DNA of 64,000 nucleotides from an uncultured Saprospiraceae bacterium (GCA_964481485.1 CAYZVM010000004.1:681-64680), one strand, 5' to 3'; shown: positions 45,144 to 54,793, numbered from the stretch's first letter. A program made the numbers and translations. Notes: generated from the letters alone by a model not told the origin.

Positions 45144-46745
45144 ATGGAAAATACACAAAATCAAGCGGTTGAATACGCAAAAAGTGGTCTCACGGAACAA
45201 TTCGTGAAGCAGCGGTTTGTACCGTTCCTGAAAGATTTTTACCGAAACCGGTACGAGCCGCTGCCCGATTCGATTCAGGTCAATCTCGACAATGTGAGCG
45301 AAGGTGGCTTGGTGGCCGACGGCATGATAACATTCCGAAAAAGCGACGGCTCGCCTTTTGTTTGCACCTACGAAGCCACCTCGCGCGACAAATCTGAAGA
45401 GGTGAAATACGCGCTCAACCTCGTTTATTTTCTGTGGGATTCTGCTGCTTTTGGCGCGGTGTGCGCAGCAGTGGCATACGCTATCTTTTATCGAAGCCAA
45501 CTTGAGTGGTTGCTCGATTTGGGGTGGACGGGCAATCTCGGCCTTATCCTCGGCGTGTTCATGATTGGCTTTTTTGGCTGGTATTTTCTCATGCAGTCTT
45601 GGCGCAAATACCGCTACATCTACGCCATCGAACAATTCAAGCAATATGTGGCCGACGAACAATGGGTCGCGCTAGCCGAAGATGTGTTCCCCGCGCCGCA
45701 CGACCCCTATCTGACGGAGTTGAAAAGCCAGTGCGTGTACAATGGCTTTGGCTTGGCGCTGGTGCCAGCGGAAGGGTTGGTGCGGGTGTTGAATGCCCCC
45801 TCGCGGCTCCGGGTATTTGGCAAAGACCGCAAAATGGTGGGCTGGGTGACACGCGCTCAATGGTACAAGACGATGTCGCAAAACATGGCGACCATGACCA
45901 ATTACCGTGCACCCGACGCCGTGCGAGAATTTTTGAACAAATTGGTGCGCCCGATACAATACTATGTTTTTCAGCCGATTAAAAAATATACATGGGCCAT
46001 CGCGAGCAAACCATTCGGACAAACCGCGTCGGTTTACTCCCGATTTATGAGCGGCCAAACGGTGCAAAAATGGGTGTTCGGTCTGGCACTGGCACTCATC
46101 GTCCCGATGTGCTACGAGATACTGACGTTCAGCGAGGTGGACATGGCTGATCTGGAAAAACTGCAAAACTGGAAAGGCGGCGAAAACCCCGAAGACCAGC
46201 GCGGCTATGTGCTCGACGCGCCGCCAATCCCATACGATGGCAAACCACCGGCTATCCCCAAACAATACCCGGTGCTCATGGACGCGCCCATTGACAACGA
46301 CATCCAAACGATTGATTTGAGCGGCGATGGCGACGATGACGTGCAAACCATCAACCTTTCGGGCGACGACGAGGAAGAGGCGGACATCAAACCCACAAAG
46401 CCTGCACCTAAACCAAAACCTAAACCCAAGCCCAAACCTGCCACATCGCCGGCCAATGACCCCTGCGCAAGATTAGGCAACAAAAAAGGCTGGGTGATTC
46501 AGGACAACGTGTTCAGTTTCAAAGAAAATGCGGCAGCGCGGGTGGCGGCTATCGAAGCAAAAGGCATCAGCGCCAAATCAACGCCGCGCAGTTGTTTTGA
46601 GGCGGGCGAAAGCGGTTACGTCGTCTGGCTCGGCAACGTGCAAACGACGGAAGACGCCGCCCGTTCGACCGCATCGGCATTGGAAAAAACCTTGCAAAGC
46701 GCGGGTTTGAAAAAAGGGAAATTGTTTCTGCGGAAGGTGAATTGA
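45144..46745 (+). CDS. membrane protein with acidic/KP-rich linker and C-terminal SPOR-like domain
   Basis: ATG at 45144. Several TM helices. (KP)n linker. C-terminal GWVIQDNVFSFKENAAARVAAIEAKGI...GYVVWLGNVQTTEDA resembles SPOR. Confidence 0.5.
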   Translation: MENTQNQAVEYAKSGLTEQFVKQRFVPFLKDFYRNRYEPLPDSIQVNLDNVSEGGLVADGMITFRKSDGSPFVCTYEATSRDKSEEVKYALNLVYFLWDSAAFGAVCAAVAYAIFYRSQLEWLLDLGWTGNLGLILGVFMIGFFGWYFLMQSWRKYRYIYAIEQFKQYVADEQWVALAEDVFPAPHDPYLTELKSQCVYNGFGLALVPAEGLVRVLNAPSRLRVFGKDRKMVGWVTRAQWYKTMSQNMATMTNYRAPDAVREFLNKLVRPIQYYVFQPIKKYTWAIASKPFGQTASVYSRFMSGQTVQKWVFGLALALIVPMCYEILTFSEVDMADLEKLQNWKGGENPEDQRGYVLDAPPIPYDGKPPAIPKQYPVLMDAPIDNDIQTIDLSGDGDDDVQTINLSGDDEEEADIKPTKPAPKPKPKPKPKPATSPANDPCARLGNKKGWVIQDNVFSFKENAAARVAAIEAKGISAKSTPRSCFEAGESGYVVWLGNVQTTEDAARSTASALEKTLQSAGLKKGKLFLRKVN

Positions 46746-46769
46746 TTTGGCCTAACAAACTGACTACCA

Positions 46770-47966
46770 GTGTTTTTTAAAAAAAAATCCGCTCCTGAAA
46801 AAGTCGTCAGCATCGCCGCACTCGGCTTTTTGGGCGGGATGTTGTTGTCGTGGCCGTTGTGGAACGAGGCCGCCCGATTGGGGTTTCCGCTGGTTCCGGT
46901 TTGGGGCGAGGCGACCAAACCGCCGCTTTTGGGCAGTTTTGTCCATCATGCGAAGCCCGTTGGGCTGGTCATTTTGCTGTTGCTCAACTTTTTCTTTTCC
47001 GAGAAAAAATGGCTGCTCGCGGCGCTCATAGTTTGGACAACCGTGCTTTGTTGCCTCGATATCAATCGTTTGCAACCTTGGGTGTGGTTCTACTTGTTAG
47101 TTTTTGTCGCCATGTTTTTTGGGAAAAAAGAAACCGAGATCTCGACCGCCCATGCGTTCAAATGGCTGCTCGCGGGCGTTTATTTTTGGAGCGGCTTCAA
47201 CAAACTCACACCCTATTTCGCCGAGGACAACTTCTCGTGGTTTTGCGGGGCATTCGCTTTTACAAAACCATTTGGCCAATATCCCGCGCTGGGTTACGCC
47301 GTCGCTCTGATTGAAATGTCGTTCGCGGCAGGTTTGCTTTGGGAAAAAACGAGGCTTTATTTCCGATGGACAGTTGTTGGCTTTCACGGAGTTATCATTT
47401 TGTTTTTGCTAAAATTGGATTGGAACTGGGTGGTGATTCCGTGGAATCTGGCGATGGCGGCGATGGTGTGGGTACTGAATCTCCACCCCTCTCCGTTAAC
47501 CCCACCCCCGACCCCTCCCCTAAAAGGGAGGGGAGACATAGAGATGTCGCAACTCCCCTCCCTTTTAGGGGAGGGGTCGGGGGTGGGGTTGGCTTGGCTC
47601 GCCCCCATGCTCTACTTTTTCAACCTTTGGCCACACACGCTTTCTTGGCAACTCTACTCCAACACCCAGCCCGAGGCGACGTTTTTTGCCGAAAAAGGCG
47701 CAGGGTACGCCAGTGTTGAATCGGAACAGATGTGGGGAAAATATGCTTTCGATGACGGTACCAAGATTTTGCTCGACGACTGGGCAACCGACGAATTGAA
47801 AGTGCCGATGTTTGCCACCGTGCGCACATTTCGCCAAGTTGGGAAATACCTTTGCCCCCATTTTGTCAATGACAGCACCGGGCTTTACATCCTGACGGTG
47901 CATCATTGGAACAAATCGGCGGAAAAAATGGAGAAAATCCACTGCCGCGAATTATTGGCGAAATGA
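46770..47966 (+). CDS. multi-pass membrane protein (DoxX/MauE/HTTM-like?) carrying an in-frame 93-bp palindromic insert
   Basis: GTG start is uncertain. About 7 TM helices, then a soluble C-terminal part. The reading frame is uninterrupted through the palindrome. Confidence 0.5.
   Translation: MFFKKKSAPEKVVSIAALGFLGGMLLSWPLWNEAARLGFPLVPVWGEATKPPLLGSFVHHAKPVGLVILLLLNFFFSEKKWLLAALIVWTTVLCCLDINRLQPWVWFYLLVFVAMFFGKKETEISTAHAFKWLLAGVYFWSGFNKLTPYFAEDNFSWFCGAFAFTKPFGQYPALGYAVALIEMSFAAGLLWEKTRLYFRWTVVGFHGVIILFLLKLDWNWVVIPWNLAMAAMVWVLNLHPSPLTPPPTPPLKGRGDIEMSQLPSLLGEGSGVGLAWLAPMLYFFNLWPHTLSWQLYSNTQPEATFFAEKGAGYASVESEQMWGKYAFDDGTKILLDDWATDELKVPMFATVRTFRQVGKYLCPHFVNDSTGLYILTVHHWNKSAEKMEKIHCRELLAK
47498..47590. 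repeat. 93-bp palindromic element (37-bp perfect arms, 19-bp spacer) inside a CDS
   Basis: AACCCCACCCCCGACCCCTCCCCTAAAAGGGAGGGGA ... TCCCCTCCCTTTTAGGGGAGGGGTCGGGGGTGGGGTT. Each arm also folds on itself (CCCTCCCC/GGGGAGGG). Confidence 0.95.
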
Positions 47967-47969
47967 CGA

Positions 47970-48809
47970 ATGACAATTTCCACCATGACAAAAAACTCCC
48001 TGCTTTGGAAAATAACACCGCCCGGCGGCCCGGCTTCTTATCTGTTCGGCACTATGCACGTCCGCGACCTGCGGGCGTTCGGCTGGTTAGACACGGCAAA
48101 AAAGCATCTGGCTGAATGTGAGGTATTTGCGACCGAATTTGACTTTTCCGATGCCGACGAAACCGCGTTGGCGACCGTGTTGCAACTGCCCAACGGCGCT
48201 ACTTTGGACACGCTCTTGAGACCCGGAGTTTGGAAAAAACTCGATGCATACAGCAGCAAAAAACTCCGCATCCCGTCAGCAAACCTGCGCCATCAGCACC
48301 CGATGACGGTGATGACCGTCCTCTCCACGGCCTCCTTGCTGGACGAATCGGCGCACTCGCTGGACGAAACGCTGTGGCACCACGCCCGCTCGTTGGGCAA
48401 AATCACCACCGGCGTGGAGACCTTCGCCGACCAACTTGCCACGCTGCACAAAATCCCATTTGAGCAACACCTGAAAAGCCTTACTTGGCTCCTAAAAAAC
48501 TATGGCCGCCAAAAACGCCGCCTCCATAAAATGATGAAGTGGTATGCTGCCGGCGAAATCCAGCAACTTTACCAAGCCGCAAAAAAGGACGCAAAAGGAA
48601 TGCGCCGCGTCCTGCTATACGAGCGCAACGTATTGATGGCCAAACGTTTTGAAGAAATCGCCCGCGAACACTCACTGTTTTGCGCCGTCGGCGCGGGACA
48701 TCTGGCTGGCGGGAAAGGAATGCTTCGGTTGTTGAAAAAAACGGGGTTCAAAGTGAGCCCCGTCAAACTCAATAACTCGTCCGACGACTTTAAGTCGTCG
48801 GACGAGTAG
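47970..48809 (+). CDS. TraB/GumN family protein
   Basis: LLWKITPPGGPASYLFGTMHVRD start typical of the family. Confidence 0.7.
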   Translation: MTISTMTKNSLLWKITPPGGPASYLFGTMHVRDLRAFGWLDTAKKHLAECEVFATEFDFSDADETALATVLQLPNGATLDTLLRPGVWKKLDAYSSKKLRIPSANLRHQHPMTVMTVLSTASLLDESAHSLDETLWHHARSLGKITTGVETFADQLATLHKIPFEQHLKSLTWLLKNYGRQKRRLHKMMKWYAAGEIQQLYQAAKKDAKGMRRVLLYERNVLMAKRFEEIAREHSLFCAVGAGHLAGGKGMLRLLKKTGFKVSPVKLNNSSDDFKSSDE

Positions 48810-48834
48810 GCAATAGAATGGCAATTTTTGACGA

Positions 48835-49482
48835 ATGGCAATGCTCCCTATCCTCTCGCTGCCCTACCTCCCGCCCGTCTCGTGGTGCGCTGCCGCATGG
48901 AACAGCGAGAATGCCCATCTGGAAGCCTGCGAAAACTACCAAAAAGGCTCCCTGCGCAACCGGTGCTACATCGCCGGGCCGAACGGCATCCAACGCCTGA
49001 GCATCCCGCTCGCGAAAGGCAAACACCAGCAAACCCCTATCCGCGAAGTCCGAATCGCCTACGACGAACCCTGGCAGCGGCAGCATTGGCGGACTATCAA
49101 AACGGCTTACGGCAATGCGCCGTTTTTTGAACATTATGCCGACGAGATTGCTCCTTTTTATGAAAAACGGTACGAGTTTTTATTTGACTACAACCTTGAT
49201 TTTCTTGTGTTTATCTTGCAAAAAAAACTCGATTGGGAAGGCTACTTTGTCATGACACACGAATGGTGGCCGACCCGAAAATGGGAACCTGCCACAGATT
49301 TGCGCGACGCGATTCCGGGCGAACCGGGCGAATGGCCTGCATGGTTTGACCCGGCTCGCTATTCGCAGGTGTTCGAGGAACGAACTGGGTTTTTGCCCAA
49401 CCTGTCGGTGCTGGACTTGCTGTTTTGCTGCGGCAAACAGAGTGGGACAGTTTTAGAGAAATCTGTGAAAACGGAAACCTAA
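48835..49482 (+). CDS. WbqC family protein
   Basis: LPYLPPVSW..ENYQKGSLRNRCYIAGPNG..LSIPL...WQRQHWRTIKTAYGNAPFFEHY. Confidence 0.7.
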   Translation: MAMLPILSLPYLPPVSWCAAAWNSENAHLEACENYQKGSLRNRCYIAGPNGIQRLSIPLAKGKHQQTPIREVRIAYDEPWQRQHWRTIKTAYGNAPFFEHYADEIAPFYEKRYEFLFDYNLDFLVFILQKKLDWEGYFVMTHEWWPTRKWEPATDLRDAIPGEPGEWPAWFDPARYSQVFEERTGFLPNLSVLDLLFCCGKQSGTVLEKSVKTET

Positions 49483-49505
49483 AATCTTGCGAGACTGACC
49501 ATCGC

Positions 49506-49835
49506 TCACCCCCGCGCTGCTTCCACAAACTGCTTCAGCAATTTGTTTTCGTTCTCGTCCTTGAAGCGTTTCAATATTCCCTCCGAGTGTTCCAAGAGGG
49601 TTTTCAGCTGGTCAAAAGGCATTTTTTCGTACATTTTTCCGCCGGGGAAATGGCATGGCGAGCAGCGATCTTGCAGCATGGGCTGGATTTGTGCGGAAAA
49701 ACTGACGGTGTCGGCGGCTGGCTCGGCGGGTGCATTTGCGACAGCACCGGTAGCTTCGTCCGCAGAAACGGGTTTGTTTTTAAACGGAAAACAAAAAGTC
49801 ATGCCGCACAGCAGGAGAAACAAAAATGTTTTCAT
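49506..49835 (-). CDS. small secreted c-type cytochrome-domain protein
   Basis: Signal peptide. IQPMLQDRCSPCHFPGG contains a CxxCH haem-binding motif. Confidence 0.5.
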   Translation of the reverse strand: MKTFLFLLLCGMTFCFPFKNKPVSADEATGAVANAPAEPAADTVSFSAQIQPMLQDRCSPCHFPGGKMYEKMPFDQLKTLLEHSEGILKRFKDENENKLLKQFVEAARG

Positions 49836-49920
49836 GGCAGAAGAACCAAAAATGATATCGTTATGGCCCCACAAAAATAACCGCCTTTGCTACCTTTCCC
49901 CAAAAATTACGGCCTATCTC

Positions 49921-51075
49921 ATGTCCCTTTCCTGTCAAAAACACCTTTTCAGCCTCGACCCGCAAATGCACTACATCAACGGCGCATATATGTCGCCCAT
50001 GATGCGTTCGGTGGAGGAGGCGGGCATTCGCGGCCTCCTGAACAAACGCTCGCCCAACCGCATCGCGCCGCAGGACTTTTTCAGAGCGCCGGAGCAGTTG
50101 CGCGAGTTGTTTGCCCGATTGGTGCATGCGCCGTCGGCAGAGGAAGTGGCACTCATCCCATCGGTCTCTTATGGCATGGCCGTTATTGCCAAAAACTTGA
50201 AAGCCGAGCGCGGCCAAAAAATCATCGTCGCGGAAGCGCAATTTCCCAGCAACATCTACCCGTGGCTGACTTTGGCGCAAGAAAAAGGTCTTGAAATTCA
50301 ATTGATTGAGATGCCAGACGAGCCGGAACGCCGCGGCCAGCGTTGGAACGAGCACCTGCTCGCCGCCATTGACGACCGCACGGCATTGGTGGCTTTGGGG
50401 CATATCCATTGGGCGAACGGGACTGTTTTTGATTTGGAAAAAATTGCCGAAACAACGCACCGGCACGGCGGCCTCGTGGTAGTGGACGGCACCCAGAGCG
50501 TGGGCGCATTGCCGATGGACGTGCAGAAATTCCAACTCGACGCGCTCATCTGCGCGGGATACAAATGGCTGATGGGGCCGTATTCGTCGGGTTATGCGTG
50601 GTTTGGCCCAGCGTTTCTGGGCGGGCGACCTGTGGAGGAAAACTGGATAAACCGCCTCCACAGCGAGGATTTCGCGCGGTTGGTGGATTACCAAGCAGCA
50701 TACCAGCCCGGTGCGCGGCGTTTCGACGTGGGCGAGCGCAGCAATTTTATCATCGTCCCGATGTGCATCGCGGCGTTGGAACAATTGCTGGCTTGGGGCG
50801 TGGAAAATATTCAGGTTTACTGCCAGAACTTGATTTCGGATGCGATTCAGACTTGGAGTCAACACGGTTTTTGGACGGAAGACCCGGCATGGCGAGCGGC
50901 GCACCTGTTTGGCATTCAACTGCCTGCGCACATCGAAGCAAGTGTTCTGCAACAAAAATTGAGAGAAAAAAACGTCTCCGTCTCGGTGCGCGGCGATTTT
51001 GTGCGCATCTCGCCGAACGTCTATAACGACGCGGCGGACATGGCAGCCTTGACGGAGGTGCTGACTTCTTTTTGA
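49921..51075 (+). CDS. class V aminotransferase-fold PLP enzyme
   Basis: ATG at 49921. HYINGAYMSP, VVDGTQSVG and LICAGYKWLMGP (candidate PLP Lys) blocks. Confidence 0.7.
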   Translation: MSLSCQKHLFSLDPQMHYINGAYMSPMMRSVEEAGIRGLLNKRSPNRIAPQDFFRAPEQLRELFARLVHAPSAEEVALIPSVSYGMAVIAKNLKAERGQKIIVAEAQFPSNIYPWLTLAQEKGLEIQLIEMPDEPERRGQRWNEHLLAAIDDRTALVALGHIHWANGTVFDLEKIAETTHRHGGLVVVDGTQSVGALPMDVQKFQLDALICAGYKWLMGPYSSGYAWFGPAFLGGRPVEENWINRLHSEDFARLVDYQAAYQPGARRFDVGERSNFIIVPMCIAALEQLLAWGVENIQVYCQNLISDAIQTWSQHGFWTEDPAWRAAHLFGIQLPAHIEASVLQQKLREKNVSVSVRGDFVRISPNVYNDAADMAALTEVLTSF

Positions 51076-51097
51076 GCAAAGAAAAACCGGCAATCGC

Positions 51098-52525
51098 TCA
51101 ATACGATTTGGTCAAACTAATCAACCGGTCTTTGATGGCGCTTGGCTTATTAGCGGCAGCCTTGTCCGCAAATGTGCCGTTTTTCTCGACGATAAAATAC
51201 TGCGGCACCGTCTCCACGCCATAAGCGGCGGCGACATTGACGCCACTACCCGACGACGCGAGCAAATTGCGGCCTTTGAAGCTGCGCTCGGCCAGCAGCG
51301 ACCGCCATTTGGAAGGGCTTTCGTCAATGGAAATATTGACGATTTCGATGCCGTATCTGTCCAATTCGGCGGCATACTTGTCAAAGGCCGCCATTTTTTC
51401 CAAACACGTGCCGCACCAACTCGCCCAAAAATTGAGATAGACAACGTGACCGCGCATCTGTGTCAGCGATACCTCGTTGCCTTTTTCATCATTGGCCGTG
51501 AACGATGGCGCGGGTATTCCGGGCGACACACGGGCGACTTTTTCATACAAATCTGTCACTTTCGCCTCAAAGGCAGGGTGCTCGTTGGTTTTGATAAAAT
51601 CCGTGTAATAAGGCAATATCTCGCGATAACGCTCGCCGGTGAAAGCCTGACGAATCATCTCGGAGCGGAAAAATGCGAGTGGTTTGCCGCGCAGCATATC
51701 GCCCGCCAGCGCATATTGTCCGGCGTAGTAATTGTCCGTTTGCTCGTCTTTCAGCAAATGCCAAGCAATGAGCGCCTGTAAAAATTGTCGGTACCAATCG
51801 TTGCTGATGGCCTCGCTAAAATTGGGCGCTTCGTACAAAAAATCGAAAAATGTTGGCTGCACCGAATGGCGTTTGGCGAATACATGGCCGTAGAACAACA
51901 GGTGGTACGCCCATGAATAAGTGATGTCGGCAGAAAGCCATGTAGAAAAAGCGGGGGTCAGCGCACCAGCGTTTTGTTTTGAAAAATTACGCAGCAGCGT
52001 CAGATTGAAGGCTTTCCGGTCGTCGAGAAAACCCTTGAACGCTGCCGGGTCAAGATTTTCCATCCGTTCGTGCATGATGGGTTCGACCACTGCCCACCAA
52101 TGCCCGATTTTAAAACGGAGATTGTTCATCTCGTCGTAATCGGGCGGGTTTTCCTTAAAATATTGAAGCAACAAACGGTTGTTCGCGCCGGCGCGACCGC
52201 CAAATTCGACCGGGAGCGAAAACCGGAAGGCATCGGCCTGAACGGTCAAAGTGTCGTTGGGTTCAAGAAAAACGGGCAGACTGTTGTAGTTAAAAACGAG
52301 GAAAGCCAACTGCGGTTCTGGCAAAATGGCTTCGAGCGAAAACGACAATTGGTCGTCCAGCAGCACCCAGTAAGTGTCGCTGTGGCCATCCACATAATAA
52401 TGCGGCACAAACAGCTCGACACGGGCACCGGGCTGGGCATTTTTGAAAGTGCCGGTGATGTGTGCGGCGTGAGCCGAAAGGCAGAGAAATGTAAGCAGGA
52501 TGACAATAAGGCAGTATTTCAGCAT
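51098..52525 (-). CDS. TlpA-like thiol:disulfide oxidoreductase with large N-terminal domain
   Basis: ATG at 52525 with signal peptide. C-terminal thioredoxin fold with LNFWASWCGTC. Confidence 0.75.
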   Translation of the reverse strand: MLKYCLIVILLTFLCLSAHAAHITGTFKNAQPGARVELFVPHYYVDGHSDTYWVLLDDQLSFSLEAILPEPQLAFLVFNYNSLPVFLEPNDTLTVQADAFRFSLPVEFGGRAGANNRLLLQYFKENPPDYDEMNNLRFKIGHWWAVVEPIMHERMENLDPAAFKGFLDDRKAFNLTLLRNFSKQNAGALTPAFSTWLSADITYSWAYHLLFYGHVFAKRHSVQPTFFDFLYEAPNFSEAISNDWYRQFLQALIAWHLLKDEQTDNYYAGQYALAGDMLRGKPLAFFRSEMIRQAFTGERYREILPYYTDFIKTNEHPAFEAKVTDLYEKVARVSPGIPAPSFTANDEKGNEVSLTQMRGHVVYLNFWASWCGTCLEKMAAFDKYAAELDRYGIEIVNISIDESPSKWRSLLAERSFKGRNLLASSGSGVNVAAAYGVETVPQYFIVEKNGTFADKAAANKPSAIKDRLISLTKSY

Positions 52526-52627
52526 GGATGACGGAATTTGAAAACTGACGCGAAAGGTAGGTCGTATCTCATACGTCCCGAACGGCCATTTTGGTTTTTC
52601 CACATTTTTTAACGAACACCAACGCAC

Positions 52628-52928
52628 ATGAAAGTTTTTTCCATCCTAAACACAACCATGCTTTTTTGTCTGCCATTTGTGTCGCAAGCACAAAGTCTTT
52701 TGGGCGATTTTATGAACGGCAAAGGCTTGAGAGCCATAGCGGTTTCATACACCGCTGAACGGTAGGCGAGGCATTTCTCGTGCCCGCAGATGCCGACGTG
52801 GTGCCGATTTTCAACAAAATGGTGGTAAATAGCGTATCGCTCTACGCTACTTACGGGGTCCAGTCATCCCCGATATTCAGGCAACCAAAGGGGTTGTGCA
52901 TTTGATTGACAGGGTGCTGTTGCCGTAA
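52628..52928 (+). pseudogene. degraded fasciclin (FAS1) domain gene
   Basis: Intact signal-peptide ORF MKVFSILNTTMLFCLPFVSQAQS.. stops after 45 codons. A different frame ends with ..PVIPDIQATKGVVHLIDRVLLP*, the canonical FAS1 C-terminus. The total length is far too short for a FAS1 protein. Confidence 0.55.
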
Positions 52929-52930
52929 GA

Positions 52931-53050
52931 TGGTTTAGAAGGGTTTAGAATGGTTTAGAAAAAACAATTGGCTCTGAAAGTCAATAATTTGAGTTTCAAA
53001 CCTAAACCATTCTAAACCCCTCTAAACCTTCCTAAACCACTCTAAACGGG
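52931..53050. repeat. inverted arrays of a 10-bp word: (NGGTTTAGAA)x3 - 40-bp spacer - (NNCTAAACCN)x5
   Basis: GTTTAG at 52933, 52943 and 52953. CTAAAC at 53002, 53012, 53022, 53032 and 53042, exactly 10-bp phased. Confidence 0.9.
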
Positions 53051-53057
53051 TCGTCTA

Positions 53058-54587
53058 TTATTTGCAACTTGAAGGCACTGGGATTTCCCGGTTTTGTTTG
53101 CTCACGAAAAACAAATCCACACAACCTTCCACCGTGCGCCCGTTTTTGTAAAGTGCCATGCCCCGGAGATGCCGGATTTTGTGGTCAGCCGGATAAAGCC
53201 GCACCGCTTTGTCGAGTGCCTCCAAACCGGCATTGAATGTGGTGTTTTTATCGGTGAGGACAGTGTTTTCCAGCGATTTGTAAATCTGCTCTTTATATTC
53301 TTTGAGCGCGTCGGGGCAGACAGCGCCGTTTGTCGCAAACGGGAAAGAAAGATAATATTGGGTTTCGTCGCCCAAGCCCGGATATTGAACGCGCCATTGC
53401 CCGTTGGTCTCTTGGAGGAAGGTGCTGACGGCAGTTTTAAATTCTTTGCCGAGGTTGTTGTAGTCAATTATCTCAATCCCGGCGACCCCACCCGTTTGCC
53501 GGTTGATTCTGAACTTTGCGTCAACCACACCAAAAGAACAGGTGCTGCCGTCTTTGCCTTTCGGCAATTTGAGGTAGCTGCTCTGAAAATCCTCGTACCC
53601 TAATTTCCCGGTGATGAAAAAAGGCCTTGGATCTGCCGATGCCAATTTGGTCACAGAGCGGGCGTTGCTTTTTATCCTGAAACGCAGCGTCGTTTTGAGC
53701 AGCACATTCACCTTTTGGCCTTTTTCTTCGCCCGGCAGCCAGCCGATATTTTTTTCGTTTGCCAAGTTGAAAAGACGCCTGGTTTCTTCACCACAGCCCA
53801 AACCGAGGTCGTTTTTGAGCAGCACATTTCGGATTTGCCCGTCTTTGCCCACCACGAACTCAACGTGAATATCTCCTTCCAACCCCACCCGGAGCGCATC
53901 TTCGGGATACACCATATTGCGGTTGAAAAAATCGTCCAGAAAATCCAGCGAGCAATCTCTTATCTGGTCGTCTCTTTTGCCCTTTTGCCGACAAGAAGCA
54001 AAAGCCGGCACGTCGTCTGGCAGTTCGTGCACATCGTCGCTGCCGTCGGAGGCAAAAATGGTCGGGAATGCCTTGTTCCTGCCCTCCCAACTGTAATGCA
54101 CCGTCACCATCACCGGAGCGCGCACCGCCTGCCCTTCAAAAATACCCGGCATCCATTTCATGCCATTTTGTTCCATTTTTGTGAAAACGGCGAGCGCGTT
54201 CGCGTCGTACTCTTTGATGCCGAGTTCAAGTATTCGTGGGGAATGGATCCTGCCGTCCGCATCCACCGTGACGCGCACCCGCACTATCACGGGTTTGAAA
54301 TCCGGCGCTTTGGCCAATTCTGGGTATTTGAGATTTGCCTCGATGAACTTTTGCAGTTCCTCTTCTGCGCATTTTATCTTTTCCTCTGTAGTTGACGACG
54401 CAAATTCGCAACCTGGGAAACGGGGCTGCTGTCCCAAATTGTTCAGTCCGTTTTTAGCACCTTGATTTTTTTGAGTGACCACAATCGCCGCAGATTCCCC
54501 ATTTTGAGCAGCGACTGGGTTGGGCAACAGGCAAGAAAAGAACACCATTGTCAGTGCGACAAATGTTCGTGTAGCATTTTTTAGCAT
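53058..54587 (-). CDS. secreted protein with tandem TonB C-terminal-like domains
   Basis: ATG at 54587 with signal peptide. Two blocks of the type FPGCE..C..EL.KFI..NLKYPE.A.......V.V.F.V..DG.I. Confidence 0.55.
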   Translation of the reverse strand: MLKNATRTFVALTMVFFSCLLPNPVAAQNGESAAIVVTQKNQGAKNGLNNLGQQPRFPGCEFASSTTEEKIKCAEEELQKFIEANLKYPELAKAPDFKPVIVRVRVTVDADGRIHSPRILELGIKEYDANALAVFTKMEQNGMKWMPGIFEGQAVRAPVMVTVHYSWEGRNKAFPTIFASDGSDDVHELPDDVPAFASCRQKGKRDDQIRDCSLDFLDDFFNRNMVYPEDALRVGLEGDIHVEFVVGKDGQIRNVLLKNDLGLGCGEETRRLFNLANEKNIGWLPGEEKGQKVNVLLKTTLRFRIKSNARSVTKLASADPRPFFITGKLGYEDFQSSYLKLPKGKDGSTCSFGVVDAKFRINRQTGGVAGIEIIDYNNLGKEFKTAVSTFLQETNGQWRVQYPGLGDETQYYLSFPFATNGAVCPDALKEYKEQIYKSLENTVLTDKNTTFNAGLEALDKAVRLYPADHKIRHLRGMALYKNGRTVEGCVDLFFVSKQNREIPVPSSCK

Positions 54588-54793
54588 AGTTGTTTGATGT
54601 GTGTGAGCAACAAAATAGAGTTTTCGTGAAAGTGCATTTACCACAGAGTGAAGGAGTAAAAGCACGGAGTACACAAAGTGTGATTTTTGTCAAAAACAAT
54701 TCTCTGTGATTTGACTCGGTGAACTCTGTGTTTGAAAAACAACTTTCGCAAAAAGCCTAATGAATATTCGCAAATGAAGTACGCTCGGATTCA

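Noticed and set aside
49861-51093. 410-aa ORF on the minus strand
   Set aside because: It is antisense to the class V aminotransferase gene and has no motifs. It is a shadow ORF. The same reasoning applies to 57214..58191, 30925..31890, 29974..30879, 7987..8940, 879..1673, 24448..25356, 41952..42707, 36529..37191 and 16707..17579.
52931-53050. Possible CRISPR array (also considered for 2641-2690 and 27235-27276)
   Set aside because: The units are 10-17 bp and directly abut or are inverted, with no unique spacers. No cas genes are in the window.
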